DNA of 64,000 nt from IMG/VR virus record IMGVR_UViG_2933632641_000001, positions 5,513-69,512 of that record; one strand, written 5' to 3'. This DNA comes from a virus. Its lineage: Duplodnaviria > Caudoviricetes. Shown piece after piece: positions 27,284 through 35,925 of this stretch (position 1 is its first letter; every line of letters begins with the position of its first letter). Both the position numbers and the translations under genes were made by a program. The notes below the pieces were generated by a model. That model searched no databases. It was not told the DNA's origin and was given only the letters and a program-made list of their open reading frames with translations.

Positions 27284-29374
27284 TCACTGGACGCCGTACC
27301 ACTGGCTGCCCCAGCCGGTGGAGATGATCGACGTGGACTGCTGTGTGAGGTCGAGCGTCGACGGCAGACTCGTCTGGGCGCTGAGCATGTTCGAGTACCG
27401 CAGGCGTGGCGCGGTCAGGCCGCAGTTCACGGTGATGCCAGCGCCGGTCGCTTTGAAGGTCAGCGAGTTCGTGGTCCAGGTCCCGTTGAGCAGCATGGCG
27501 ATGAAGTATTCGCCGGGCGCGGCGGTGAACGGTGTAATCAGGTCGACGGGCTTTCCGGTGGCGCCGCTCATCAGAGACGTTGAGATGTCGGCGGTGACGC
27601 CGACGAGGGTGCCTGAGCTGTTGTAGACCCCGAGGTAGCAGTTCGCGAGGGTGGCGCCAGCGTCGACGCCGGCGAGCCCGAACCAGATCTTCGACCACGT
27701 GATGGATGCGCCCTTGATGGTGAGCTTCACCAGCGTGACGCGGCCGACGACACCGCCATTCGACTGGGCGGTGACGTGACCAGCGTCGTTGGGGTCGCCG
27801 GTCCAGGCCAGCAGACCCTGATCAGACGGCTGCGGTGCACCGTTCGACAGGTTGATGCCGGACGCGGCGGGGGCGCTGCCGGAGATCTTGACGACCTCCA
27901 GCAGGGAACCGGCCTTGAGGAGGACTGGGCTCGCGTTGCTCGTCTGCTGCGCCCACCGCAGCCGCAGCAGGCCGGGGGTCGCGCCGGTCGTGACGATGCC
28001 TCGCGGGGTTGCGATGATCCCTGCCAGGGTCGCCGAACTGGCCATCACGCCGATGTCACTGCCGGAGCCGAACTGGCGAGCGGCGACTTTGAGCTGCGCC
28101 GACCCGTCAGGGACGGTCGTGCCGAGAGTGCCCGCGAACGGAGCCCATCCGCCGGTCGCCCCGGATGGGACGGTGTAGGTGATCGTCGCGTCCGCCGACT
28201 CCGGGCCGTCGAACAGCAGCGTGGACGAGAATCGATAGACCGAATTCGCTTCCAAAGACGCGAACAAATGCCCGTCGTCAGCGACCGTCGTCGTTGAGGT
28301 CCGCGACTCGTCGACCGCCTTGACCACAGTCTGCGTGAGCGCGGACAGTGCACCGACCGCGGCACTGGCAGCCCCGGCAGCGTCTGCGCCGATGTCGGCT
28401 GCGGTGAGGGCGTCGCTGCCCCCGGTCGCGTGGCTGGCCTTGTGGGCGGTCGGCGTCCGGGCGTCTGACAGGCGGGAGTCGTCCCCTGCTGCGACGGTGC
28501 CAGCGACTGTTCCGACGGCGCGAGTCGCCGAGTTCCCAAGGCCCAGGTTCGTGCGTGCCGTGGCCGCCGAGTTCAGGCTGGCGAGGTTGTCGGTCTTGGT
28601 CAGGGCCGACCCTTCGACGGCACTGACCCGCCCCTCAAGGGTCGCACCAGCAGCAGATGTGTACGCGCCGATGTCCGCCGGGCTGAGCACGTCACTACCG
28701 CCGGTGGCATGACTGGCCTTGTGCGCGGTGGGAGTGCGCGCGTCGGAGAGACGCGAGTCGTTACCGGCGGCGACGCTCCCGGCTCCCGTGCCGATGTTCG
28801 CGACGGCCGCCGAACCGAGCCCCAGGTTCGTGCGTGCGGTAGATGCCGATCCGAGGCTGGCCAGGTTGTCGGCCTTGGTCAGCGCAGTGTTCTCAACCGC
28901 GGTGACGCGACCCTCGAGGGTGCTGCCCGCGGACGCCGGGTAGGCGCCGATCGCTGCCGGGCTCACCGGGTCACTGCCGCCGGAACCGTGGCTGGCGGCG
29001 TGGGCGAGGGGGGTTCGGGCGTTCGTCATGCGGCTGTCGTCGCCGGCCGCGACGGTTCCCGCCGAGGTTCCGACGTTCGCGGTCGCGGCGCTGCCGAGGC
29101 CCAGGGCTGCGCGTGCTGCGAGCGGTGAGAGCAGGTCGGACAGGTTGTTCGCGACGAGGAGCGCCCCGGCTGCCCCGCCGCCGCTGATCGGCTGTCCGCT
29201 GCCCCATGCGCCGGCGGTCTTCGGCCCGTAGATGACGAGCGAGGACGGGGTGGCGTTGTTGATGTACCAGTCGCCGTCGATGCCGAGGCTGGACGCGGGG
29301 GCGCCGGATCCGGTCAGGATGCTGTTGCCGCGGGGGCCGGAGGTTCCGGCGGAGGACACGATCACGCTGGTCAT
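27284..29374 (-). CDS. Fibre-like virion protein with three 93-aa repeats
   Basis: GIDGDWYIN N-terminus; NLSDL/ARTNLGLG/DDSRL/H..SH..GGSD repeats; start moved to ATG 29374 (GGGAGG RBS). Confidence 0.8.
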   Translation of the reverse strand: MTSVIVSSAGTSGPRGNSILTGSGAPASSLGIDGDWYINNATPSSLVIYGPKTAGAWGSGQPISGGGAAGALLVANNLSDLLSPLAARAALGLGSAATANVGTSAGTVAAGDDSRMTNARTPLAHAASHGSGGSDPVSPAAIGAYPASAGSTLEGRVTAVENTALTKADNLASLGSASTARTNLGLGSAAVANIGTGAGSVAAGNDSRLSDARTPTAHKASHATGGSDVLSPADIGAYTSAAGATLEGRVSAVEGSALTKTDNLASLNSAATARTNLGLGNSATRAVGTVAGTVAAGDDSRLSDARTPTAHKASHATGGSDALTAADIGADAAGAASAAVGALSALTQTVVKAVDESRTSTTTVADDGHLFASLEANSVYRFSSTLLFDGPESADATITYTVPSGATGGWAPFAGTLGTTVPDGSAQLKVAARQFGSGSDIGVMASSATLAGIIATPRGIVTTGATPGLLRLRWAQQTSNASPVLLKAGSLLEVVKISGSAPAASGINLSNGAPQPSDQGLLAWTGDPNDAGHVTAQSNGGVVGRVTLVKLTIKGASITWSKIWFGLAGVDAGATLANCYLGVYNSSGTLVGVTADISTSLMSGATGKPVDLITPFTAAPGEYFIAMLLNGTWTTNSLTFKATGAGITVNCGLTAPRLRYSNMLSAQTSLPSTLDLTQQSTSIISTGWGSQWYGVQ

Positions 29375-29384
29375 GTCGGCCTCC

Positions 29385-29756
29385 CTACGGGCTGCTGGCC
29401 AGTCGGCTGTAGAAGGCGCCCTCAACGAGGCAGATCTGGGTGGGGAGACCGGGGTCCATCCACAGGGCGAATGGCCGGCAGCCGGTGCCGAGGGACGCGG
29501 TGGCCGTGGCTGTGAGAACGACCTGGACGACTGCTGTCGTGGTGTCGGCGGTGATGTAGCCCTGGCTGGTGGCTGTCGCGGCGACTGCCACAAGGGCGGG
29601 CACGGCGGCATCTGTGGCAGACGGGCGGATGGCGAACTCGAACGTCTTGCCGGTGATGTTCATCGGCTGGCCGTCGTCGTCCCGGAGCGTGAATGTCGCG
29701 CTCCACTGGGCGCCAGCCACAGTCGACGTCCGCCAACGCAGAGGCAGCTCGGGCAT
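29385..29756 (-). CDS. Ig-like/BppU-N-like virion adaptor
   Basis: TFTLRDDDGQPMNITG...LVEG pattern; precedes the fibre gene. Confidence 0.65.
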   Translation of the reverse strand: MPELPLRWRTSTVAGAQWSATFTLRDDDGQPMNITGKTFEFAIRPSATDAAVPALVAVAATATSQGYITADTTTAVVQVVLTATATASLGTGCRPFALWMDPGLPTQICLVEGAFYSRLASSP

Positions 29757-29783
29757 CGGCCACCCCCGATCAGCGATGAAAGG

Positions 29784-30014
29784 TCAGGCGGCCTGCAGGC
29801 TGTAGGTGCGGCGGGCCCGTTCCCGGGTTGCCTTCTCGGCGCGGATCACGTCGATGGCCCGGTACAGGGGGCGGCCCCGGTAGTCGCTGCCCGCGGCTTC
29901 AAGGCGGCCCCGGTAGGCCCAGTTCCGGACCACGTTCGGGCTGACGCGGGCGGCTTCCGCAGCATCGGCGACGGACCAGAGGGTCGTGGTGAGGTCCACG
30001 TCCAGGTCGACCAT
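29784..30014 (-). CDS. MerR-like HTH protein
   Basis: VADAAEAARVSPNVVRNWAYRGRL...PLYR; GGAGGAG RBS. Confidence 0.8.
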   Translation of the reverse strand: MVDLDVDLTTTLWSVADAAEAARVSPNVVRNWAYRGRLEAAGSDYRGRPLYRAIDVIRAEKATRERARRTYSLQAA

Positions 30015-30047
30015 TGAGGCTCCTCCCGATCCGGCCCCCGGAACGGC

Positions 30048-30081
30048 AAAAGGCCCTGACGATGTGAGTCGTGAGGGCCTT
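30048..30081 (-). terminator. Terminator-like hairpin at the head of the late region
   Basis: AAGGCCCT.ACGA/TCGT.AGGGCCTT with a T-run on the minus strand. Confidence 0.6.
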
Positions 30082-30137
30082 GAGCACGTATGGGCATGCT
30101 GCGCGTGCTGCAATCATCACGCGTGATGGCGTGAAAA

Positions 30138-30890
30138 TCAAGCCACTTGGGTGACAACTGCCGCAAGCGCCTTGACATAGACCTTGTATTCGGCGTCCGT
30201 GAGGATGCGCTGGCAGTCGGGGTCACGGCATTCGATGTACGGCCGATCGCCGACGAGTCGGAGGTCTCGGGACTCGGCGAGATACGGTCCATGACATCCA
30301 GGGCACGGGGCGAGCTTGCGGACGTCGTGCTGCGGGTGGGCCTTGACGAACCGCTGGGCGGCACCGTGCCAGCCCCGGATCTGCGCCGCCGGATTACCGT
30401 TCCCCCGCTCGTGCGGCTCACCGGCCGCCGGGTGGTACTGCATCATCCAGTCGAGGTGACCGCTCAGAACCCGGGTGCAGTCGGTGATGCGCCGACCTTC
30501 CGTGATGCCAGCGTGGTTCGGGTCGGCGTCGTCTTGCCAGATTCCGCGGCGGACGAGGACGTCCGTCTCCAGCTCCTCCATCTCACCGAGGATCAGCTCG
30601 GTGAGGAGGCGTGCGGCCTGTCCGGGCCATGCGGGAGTGTCGCTGGAACGGGAGCCAAGGGTGGCCGTGCTCGGGGAACGGGTGGCGTACAGGGCCTCGA
30701 GGTAGATGCTGGCTATGAGTTCGGGCAGCTCGGCTAGCTGATGGCGAGCCCGTTCCGTACAGGCGTCGCACTGGACGGGACGCCCCCAAGCGGGGGTCAG
30801 ATGATGCTGGGCGCCAGTCTCCTCGAGAAGAGTCTCGGCGCGACGCCAGGCCGAATTACAGAGGCCGGGACAAGGGGCGGTGGTGTGCAC
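30138..30890 (-). CDS. Zinc-finger protein, putative late transcription regulator
   Basis: CPGLC, CDAC, CPGC and CRDPDC; last early gene; GAGGAG RBS before GTG. Confidence 0.7.
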   Translation of the reverse strand: MHTTAPCPGLCNSAWRRAETLLEETGAQHHLTPAWGRPVQCDACTERARHQLAELPELIASIYLEALYATRSPSTATLGSRSSDTPAWPGQAARLLTELILGEMEELETDVLVRRGIWQDDADPNHAGITEGRRITDCTRVLSGHLDWMMQYHPAAGEPHERGNGNPAAQIRGWHGAAQRFVKAHPQHDVRKLAPCPGCHGPYLAESRDLRLVGDRPYIECRDPDCQRILTDAEYKVYVKALAAVVTQVA

Positions 30891-31045
30891 GGTGGCTCCT
30901 CGACAGCGGTGGTGCGGAGGACGCGGGGCGACCTGGCGGCGGCGATCACCCACGCGCCCAGAATGGCATGACGTGCAGACAAGGCAGTTGCACGATGGCG
31001 CAGGGGGCAAGACTTGGTTGTCGCTCCTGCGGGTGCCGCTCGTGC

Positions 31046-31327
31046 TCACGGGGGCGGCTGGCCGGCCTCGCAATAGCAGTCGGGGTCGGCGTTGCAGTGG
31101 CCGTACTGGTGTTCGTCGATCCGGTGGCCGCAGTCGCAGGGTTCGGACGGCAGCGGGTCGGCGAGCCCAGCGGCGCGCAGCCGGTCATGGACCGCCCGGA
31201 GTTGGGGTGCGGCCTCGGCCGCCGGGGCGAGGCCGGCAAGAAGCTGCGCGGCGAGGCTGGTGAACCGGCCGAGTTCGCGGAGGACGGTGTCGCGCTGGTC
31301 AGCGCTAAGCGCGGTGGGCTTGGTCAC
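31046..31327 (-). CDS. Hypothetical protein with CDCGH...H...C motif
   Basis: GTGA coupling, AGGAG RBS. Confidence 0.6.
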   Translation of the reverse strand: MTKPTALSADQRDTVLRELGRFTSLAAQLLAGLAPAAEAAPQLRAVHDRLRAAGLADPLPSEPCDCGHRIDEHQYGHCNADPDCYCEAGQPPP

Positions 31328-31869
31328 GGGGTGGGCTCCTGCGGGTCGAGGGCGGCGCGGATGTGGCGGAGCGCTGCGAGGTAGCCGCCCGTCAGGTCGG
31401 CGCTGGTCGGGGTGTCGCGGACTGCGGCTTCTATGCGGTCGCATTCGGCACGGACGCGGACGAGCACGGCTTCGGCCTGCTCGGCGCGCTGCTTCGCCGC
31501 CCGCCATTGACGGTTGCGGAGGCTGATCTGAGCCCACAGATTCTGGAGCTGAGTCGGTTCGGCACCATTCGCCCGAAGGCCTGCCCGAAGAGTGCGAAGT
31601 TCGGTCTGGGCGGTGTCGGCGCGGCGGCGTTCAGCCTTGGCGGCCTGCTCGGCACGTTCGGAGCGGCGTCCTACGAGGGTGGTGAGGTGGGCAGCGGCAG
31701 TGATCGAGTCTTTGGCATCCTGCTCGGCCTTGACCAGTCGCGCGTACAGCTGGTCGAGGACGTCGCTGGTGATCGTTGCGACGATATAACGGACGGGCTG
31801 CTCGGCGGTCGGCCGCTCGCGCTGCTGGGCGTAGTGGTTGGCCCAGTAGATGGGGCCGCCGCCAGTCAC
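31324..31869 (-). CDS. Coiled-coil hypothetical protein
   Basis: TITSDVLDQLYARL...AEQAEA heptads; coupled start. Confidence 0.65.
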   Translation of the reverse strand: MTGGGPIYWANHYAQQRERPTAEQPVRYIVATITSDVLDQLYARLVKAEQDAKDSITAAAHLTTLVGRRSERAEQAAKAERRRADTAQTELRTLRAGLRANGAEPTQLQNLWAQISLRNRQWRAAKQRAEQAEAVLVRVRAECDRIEAAVRDTPTSADLTGGYLAALRHIRAALDPQEPTP

Positions 31870-32411
31870 TGGCCCTCCCGGGAAGCGCGGTTCGTGCGAC
31901 GGGCCTTCATCCGAGCGAGGATCTGCGCGCTCGACGGCGTCACCCACGAGTGCCATCCGACTTCTGGGTGATACTGCCGGCCGTGGTGGCCCTCGCTCTC
32001 GCCGCAGTGCGTGCAGCCGTAGGGGTCGGGCAGGCGAGGCACGGAAACTCCCATAGCGGCCTTGCCCTGATCAATTGCGGCGGCGATGCACTCATGGAGG
32101 TATCCAGGCCCGACCTCCAGCTCCGCCAGGCGAGCCCGCATCTCATCCAGCTCCTCGGCGGTGACCAGCGGCGGGAGGCCGTCGGCCGCCTCGATGTCCG
32201 AGAAGCCACAGGCGGCCACGTACTCCCAGTCATCGCGGGTGTAGCCCCGCGCTTCCCACACTTCTCCCCCGAGGAGACACCACCCAAGGGCGACCTGCGA
32301 GCCATCCTCCGGATGGGTAGTGATCACGTCGCAGCGGAAGGCCCAACGGCCCCCATCGCGGTAGGTGTAGCCGGGTTGACAGAAGCCGCCATTGCTACCA
32401 TCGCCAGGCAT
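31866..32411 (-). CDS. Hypothetical protein
   Basis: TGATG coupling; C-terminal GCTHCG...HG..YH...ILARMKARR. Confidence 0.65.
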   Translation of the reverse strand: MPGDGSNGGFCQPGYTYRDGGRWAFRCDVITTHPEDGSQVALGWCLLGGEVWEARGYTRDDWEYVAACGFSDIEAADGLPPLVTAEELDEMRARLAELEVGPGYLHECIAAAIDQGKAAMGVSVPRLPDPYGCTHCGESEGHHGRQYHPEVGWHSWVTPSSAQILARMKARRTNRASREGQ

Positions 32412-32758
32412 CAGCAGAACTCCAGCGCGCAGAAGTCGTAACCCTCGGCATCGACGTGGTAGCCGGCCCTCTCGTAGCCCTGCCGGATACGGGCCTTGCG
32501 CGGCCAACCGCATGAGTCGGTCCGCTCGCGAATCGTCTCCTCCATCTCCGCAGGGGTGTACTGCACGCCGTGTTCGGCACGGATGACGACGTGCGACTGC
32601 CGGAGAAACTCCAGCCACGCTTCGAGACTGGTGAGCCCCCGGTCGGGATGAGATCGCATGAGGAACCGCCATCCCTGCGCGTACTGGCCGATGTGCAGGC
32701 CTTCGCCGCCAGCCTCACCGCCGGGAAAGGGGCCGAACGCGTAGTAGTTCACGGACAT
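32411..32758 (-). CDS. Hypothetical phage protein (LHIG...GW.F motif)
   Basis: GAGGAG RBS. Confidence 0.7.
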   Translation of the reverse strand: MSVNYYAFGPFPGGEAGGEGLHIGQYAQGWRFLMRSHPDRGLTSLEAWLEFLRQSHVVIRAEHGVQYTPAEMEETIRERTDSCGWPRKARIRQGYERAGYHVDAEGYDFCALEFC

Positions 32759-32767
32759 GGGGTCTCC

Positions 32768-32863
32768 TCAGTCTTCGTCTGTGTCGTAGTCGTGGTCGTA
32801 CACGTCGTCCCAGTAGGCGCGGTCGGCGTCGGCCTCTTCGCGGGCGGTGGGTTCCGAGGGCAT
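32768..32863 (-). CDS. 31-aa acidic peptide not on the ORF track
   Basis: AGGAGG RBS; MPSEPTAREEADADRAYWDDVYDHDYDTDED; fills the gap exactly. Confidence 0.65.
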   Translation of the reverse strand: MPSEPTAREEADADRAYWDDVYDHDYDTDED

Positions 32864-32872
32864 GGCGGCCTC

Positions 32873-33232
32873 CTAGGCGGCGAGCTGGTGGGCGGCCCGC
32901 TCGAAGCGGGCGGCAGCCGCGCGGTCCTTCGGCCGGTACACGGCGAGACGCGCGGCGAACGCGGCGAAGTCGTAAAGCTTCACGACGGCGGCCTTCCGGA
33001 CCCTGCCCTTGAGCTTGATCGGCGCGGTGGTCGTCGTAGTTGGCGTCACGCGGTTGGAGAACGCGCCGGCGAACCGCTTCGCGACGCTGGTCTCGATACC
33101 GGCGGCGACCAGGTGAGTCCGGGCGGTCTGCGGGGTCCCAGAGGCGACAGCACGGCGGGCCTTACGGGCGGCGCGGAAGTTGATCGCGCGCTGGCGGAGG
33201 GTCTGACGGGCGGTGCGGGCCTTGGCGTTCAC
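32873..33232 (-). CDS. Basic hypothetical protein
   Basis: AAGGGGG RBS; first gene left of the operator array. Confidence 0.7.
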   Translation of the reverse strand: MNAKARTARQTLRQRAINFRAARKARRAVASGTPQTARTHLVAAGIETSVAKRFAGAFSNRVTPTTTTTAPIKLKGRVRKAAVVKLYDFAAFAARLAVYRPKDRAAAARFERAAHQLAA

Positions 33233-33250
33233 GGCGTCCCCCTTGCTTGC

Positions 33251-33356
33251 GGTGTAGCTACACCTTAGGCTCGGGTGTAGCTACACCGCAACCCGTTCAA
33301 CCCAGAATCTGTAGCTACACCTCAAAGGAGACGAAGATGACGCAGGTAGCTACACC
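33251..33356. promoter_or_regulatory. Four copies of the palindromic operator GGTGTAGCTACACC
   Basis: Perfect at 33251-33264 and 33274-33287; partial at 33310-33321 and 33346-33356. Confidence 0.85.
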
Positions 33357-33372
33357 TAGCTACGGTGATCGC

Positions 33373-33606
33373 ATGTCGCCGAACTCGCCTAAGACCCCCG
33401 CCCGCCAGGTCCGCATCGGTGACGCCTGGTACGACTTCGACGCAGCCGCTAAGGCCATGGGCACAGAGCGCGCGGCGGTCATCCGCGACCTGATCGACTG
33501 GTACATCCGCGAGCCGGGAGCCGCGCTCCCCGAGCGCCCGAGCCGCGACGTTGTCGTGAGGGCCCGTGCCAAGCGCGAGGCCGAATCGAAGAAGGGTGGC
33601 CAGTAG
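33373..33606 (+). CDS. Ribbon-helix-helix repressor, likely leaderless
   Basis: TPARQVRIGDAW...ERAAVIRDLIDWY; TACGGT 6 nt before the ATG. Confidence 0.8.
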   Translation: MSPNSPKTPARQVRIGDAWYDFDAAAKAMGTERAAVIRDLIDWYIREPGAALPERPSRDVVVRARAKREAESKKGGQ

Positions 33607-34451
33607 TGGGACGCGCCGCCAAGGAAATTGCGGGCCATGCTGTGCAACGACACCGCGGCTCCCACGAGCTCTACCGCCTCTTCGCGGAGGATGGGCGTTT
33701 GCTCTACATCGGCATAAGCCACAGCGCTCGCTTCCGCCTTATGCAGCACGTGCGCAAGCCGTGGTGGCCAGACGTGGCACGTAAGGAGATGGAGCGCCAC
33801 CCGAATCGCGCAACGGCCTTGCGTGCGGAAAGGGTGGCCATCCAGAAGGAGCGGCCGATCTGGAACGTCCAGGCCCGTCCTGCGTTGACCAGCGAGGAGT
33901 GCGAGTATCGCCTCTCTCGGCTTGCGGCAGCAGTGGAGCGCGAGTCGAATGCACTCGACCAATCCATCGCAGGTGCCCGACGAGATGGACACTCGTTCCG
34001 CGAGATCGGCAACTGGGCTGGGGTCAACCACGAGTGCGCCCGTACCGTTTCCGCGCGTATCAACGGTCCGCTGCCGCCGCAACAAGAAGGGGCTCGCACG
34101 GTGAGTGAAAGACGGCAGCGGAAGTCAAAGACACCGAACGCGATTGGCGCAACGGGCGCCGCGGTGGCTGAGAATTTGTCGCGCCTGCGGAAGGTGCGTC
34201 AGATGTCCCAGCACGATCTCGCTCAGGCCTTGGCCGAGATCGGACATCCACTGCATGCCACTGCCATCACCAGGATCGAGCTCATGAGCCGACGTGTCGA
34301 TGTCGACGATTTGGCCGCCTTGGCTTCGGCCCTCGGCGTCCCTCCCGCATCCCTGCTTGAGGCGGCCCAGTGCGAGACGTGCTCTGGCCATCCTCCGCGC
34401 GGATTCACGTGTACCGAGTGCTCTGCGACGACGCCGAAGGCTTCCTCATGA
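33606..34451 (+). CDS. GIY-YIG nuclease-HTH-XRE HTH-zinc finger protein
   Basis: LYRLF...LLYIGIS...R...H...AE...P.WN; GHSFREIG; LRKVRQMSQHDLA; CETC/CTEC. Confidence 0.75.
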   Translation: MGRAAKEIAGHAVQRHRGSHELYRLFAEDGRLLYIGISHSARFRLMQHVRKPWWPDVARKEMERHPNRATALRAERVAIQKERPIWNVQARPALTSEECEYRLSRLAAAVERESNALDQSIAGARRDGHSFREIGNWAGVNHECARTVSARINGPLPPQQEGARTVSERRQRKSKTPNAIGATGAAVAENLSRLRKVRQMSQHDLAQALAEIGHPLHATAITRIELMSRRVDVDDLAALASALGVPPASLLEAAQCETCSGHPPRGFTCTECSATTPKASS

Positions 34452-34909
34452 CCGCCGCCCTGCTCGCCTTCCTCCGCGCTCGCCTCGATGAGGACGAGCA
34501 GATCGCGAACGGTCACCAGCAGTGGTCTGCCAGCTGGCACCAAGACGACATGGCCAATGAGATCCGCGACGAGAACGCTGGAACCGTTGCGTTCGTGCCG
34601 CGCTCCGGGGATCAGGCGCACATCGCCCGCCACAGTCCGGCCCGCGTCCTCGCCGAGGTCGACGCCAAGCGGCGTCTGCTCGCTGACATCCTTCGCGCAG
34701 GCCATGAATGGAACGAGGAGGACCACTGGTACTCGTGTGCCGCCGCTCGTGACCATGAAGGGGAACCGGTCTGCATTGACGAGAGTCGCGCTGGCGGCCC
34801 TTGCGACTGTGGCCGTGACGAGCAGGTGGAGCGCAGGGTTCGTCTGCTCGCCCTTCCCTACGCCTCACACCCCGACTTCCGCCCGGAGTGGGCGCCCGAT
34901 CAGGGGTAG
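34448..34909 (+). CDS. DUF6221-like protein
   Basis: FLRARLDEDE...HIARHSPARVLAEVDAKRR...LALPYASHPDFRPEW. Confidence 0.8.
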   Translation: MTAALLAFLRARLDEDEQIANGHQQWSASWHQDDMANEIRDENAGTVAFVPRSGDQAHIARHSPARVLAEVDAKRRLLADILRAGHEWNEEDHWYSCAAARDHEGEPVCIDESRAGGPCDCGRDEQVERRVRLLALPYASHPDFRPEWAPDQG

Positions 34910-34958
34910 TCCGCTCGTCTGTACACACGGAGACCCCCATGCGCGGCAGAATGCCGGC

Positions 34959-35153
34959 ATGGGGGTCTCTGACGTCTCGTACATGGTTCGGGGCCGGACG
35001 CGGGAGCTGTGCCAGACGCGGCTCGAGCGGCTGTGCCACCGGCTGGGCGCGGTCCCGACGTCGGAGCCTGCGGAGTCTCTGGGCGGAGGCTGGATCGCGC
35101 GGGCCGTGGAAACGGAAACGGCCCCGGCCGGTGAGGGCCAGGGCCGCGACTAG
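34959..35153 (+). CDS. Small hypothetical protein, possibly leaderless
   Basis: CAGAAT 6 nt before the ATG. Confidence 0.5.
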   Translation: MGVSDVSYMVRGRTRELCQTRLERLCHRLGAVPTSEPAESLGGGWIARAVETETAPAGEGQGRD

Positions 35154-35162
35154 GGCGATGGA

Positions 35163-35435
35163 TCAGTCGTCCGCCAGAGGGTGTTCGCGCCGATAGGTGG
35201 CGATGCACGGCCCGCAGAGGTCGCCTACCTCGGGCTCGCCACTCATGTACAGGTGACTGGTGCAGTAGTAGCCGCCGCATCCGTGCTCGTCTCCGCCGGG
35301 GCGCTCGCCGCAGAGGTGGGCGAGGCCGCGGTCGATGTCCGCCTCGCAGCCATCCAGCTCGCAGACGGCCGCGACGCCGTAGCCGGCTTCGATCTTCTCG
35401 CCGTTGCGGGTGATCTCGTAGTGCATGTTTCCCAT
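35163..35435 (-). CDS. Cys/His-rich hypothetical protein
   Basis: GAGGAG RBS; GYGV.A.C...IDRGLAHLCG...GCGGYYC..H. Confidence 0.7.
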   Translation of the reverse strand: MGNMHYEITRNGEKIEAGYGVAAVCELDGCEADIDRGLAHLCGERPGGDEHGCGGYYCTSHLYMSGEPEVGDLCGPCIATYRREHPLADD

Positions 35436-35446
35436 GATGGTCTCCT

Positions 35447-35905
35447 CTACTTGTTGATCGTCTTGGCGAAAAAGCCGCGGGTCTGCGTGCTGACAGTGTG
35501 GTGCTCCTGGCTGACAGGCCCGCTGTAGTGGTGGTGCGTCTCGGTGTGGACGCCCTGGAGTCCGCTCGTGGCGGTCCTGATGAGTGCCCCGACTGCGAGG
35601 ACGAGGGCGACGGCACCAGCAGCGCCGATGGCGAGGGTGACCGGGTCGACCTGCCCGAGCGTGTAGAGCACGAGTGAAGTCGCGCCGCCGACGGACAAGG
35701 CGACGGCGCTGCCGCAGAGCATGAGGGCGCTGGCGTCCGTGGCCTTCTGGCTCATGGGCGGCCGGCCAGGCTGCGGTACGGGCGGGGTTGGGCCTACAGC
35801 GGGGATGGGGCTGGGGTCGCGGTAGGCAGTGGCGGTGAGCGCGTCGTTGACGGCGGCGATGAGCTGCTCGGCGTGCTCGTGGTCGGCGTGCTGCGGCTTG
35901 GTCAT
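35447..35905 (-). CDS. Spd-like membrane protein of the conjugation module
   Basis: Two TM helices, HHHYSGPV tail; directly downstream of the translocase; AAGGGAG RBS. Confidence 0.65.
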   Translation of the reverse strand: MTKPQHADHEHAEQLIAAVNDALTATAYRDPSPIPAVGPTPPVPQPGRPPMSQKATDASALMLCGSAVALSVGGATSLVLYTLGQVDPVTLAIGAAGAVALVLAVGALIRTATSGLQGVHTETHHHYSGPVSQEHHTVSTQTRGFFAKTINK

Positions 35906-35925
35906 GGCTGGTCTCCCTTGGGGGG

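Noticed and set aside
28380-29150. Fibre repeats as diversity-generating retroelement TR/VR
   Set aside because: Differences are not adenine-specific and no reverse transcriptase is present in the window.
33390-33422. Weak similarity of the mini-array spacer to the RHH gene start (TAAGAC...)
   Set aside because: Needs a gap after 6 nt and many mismatches; consistent with chance.
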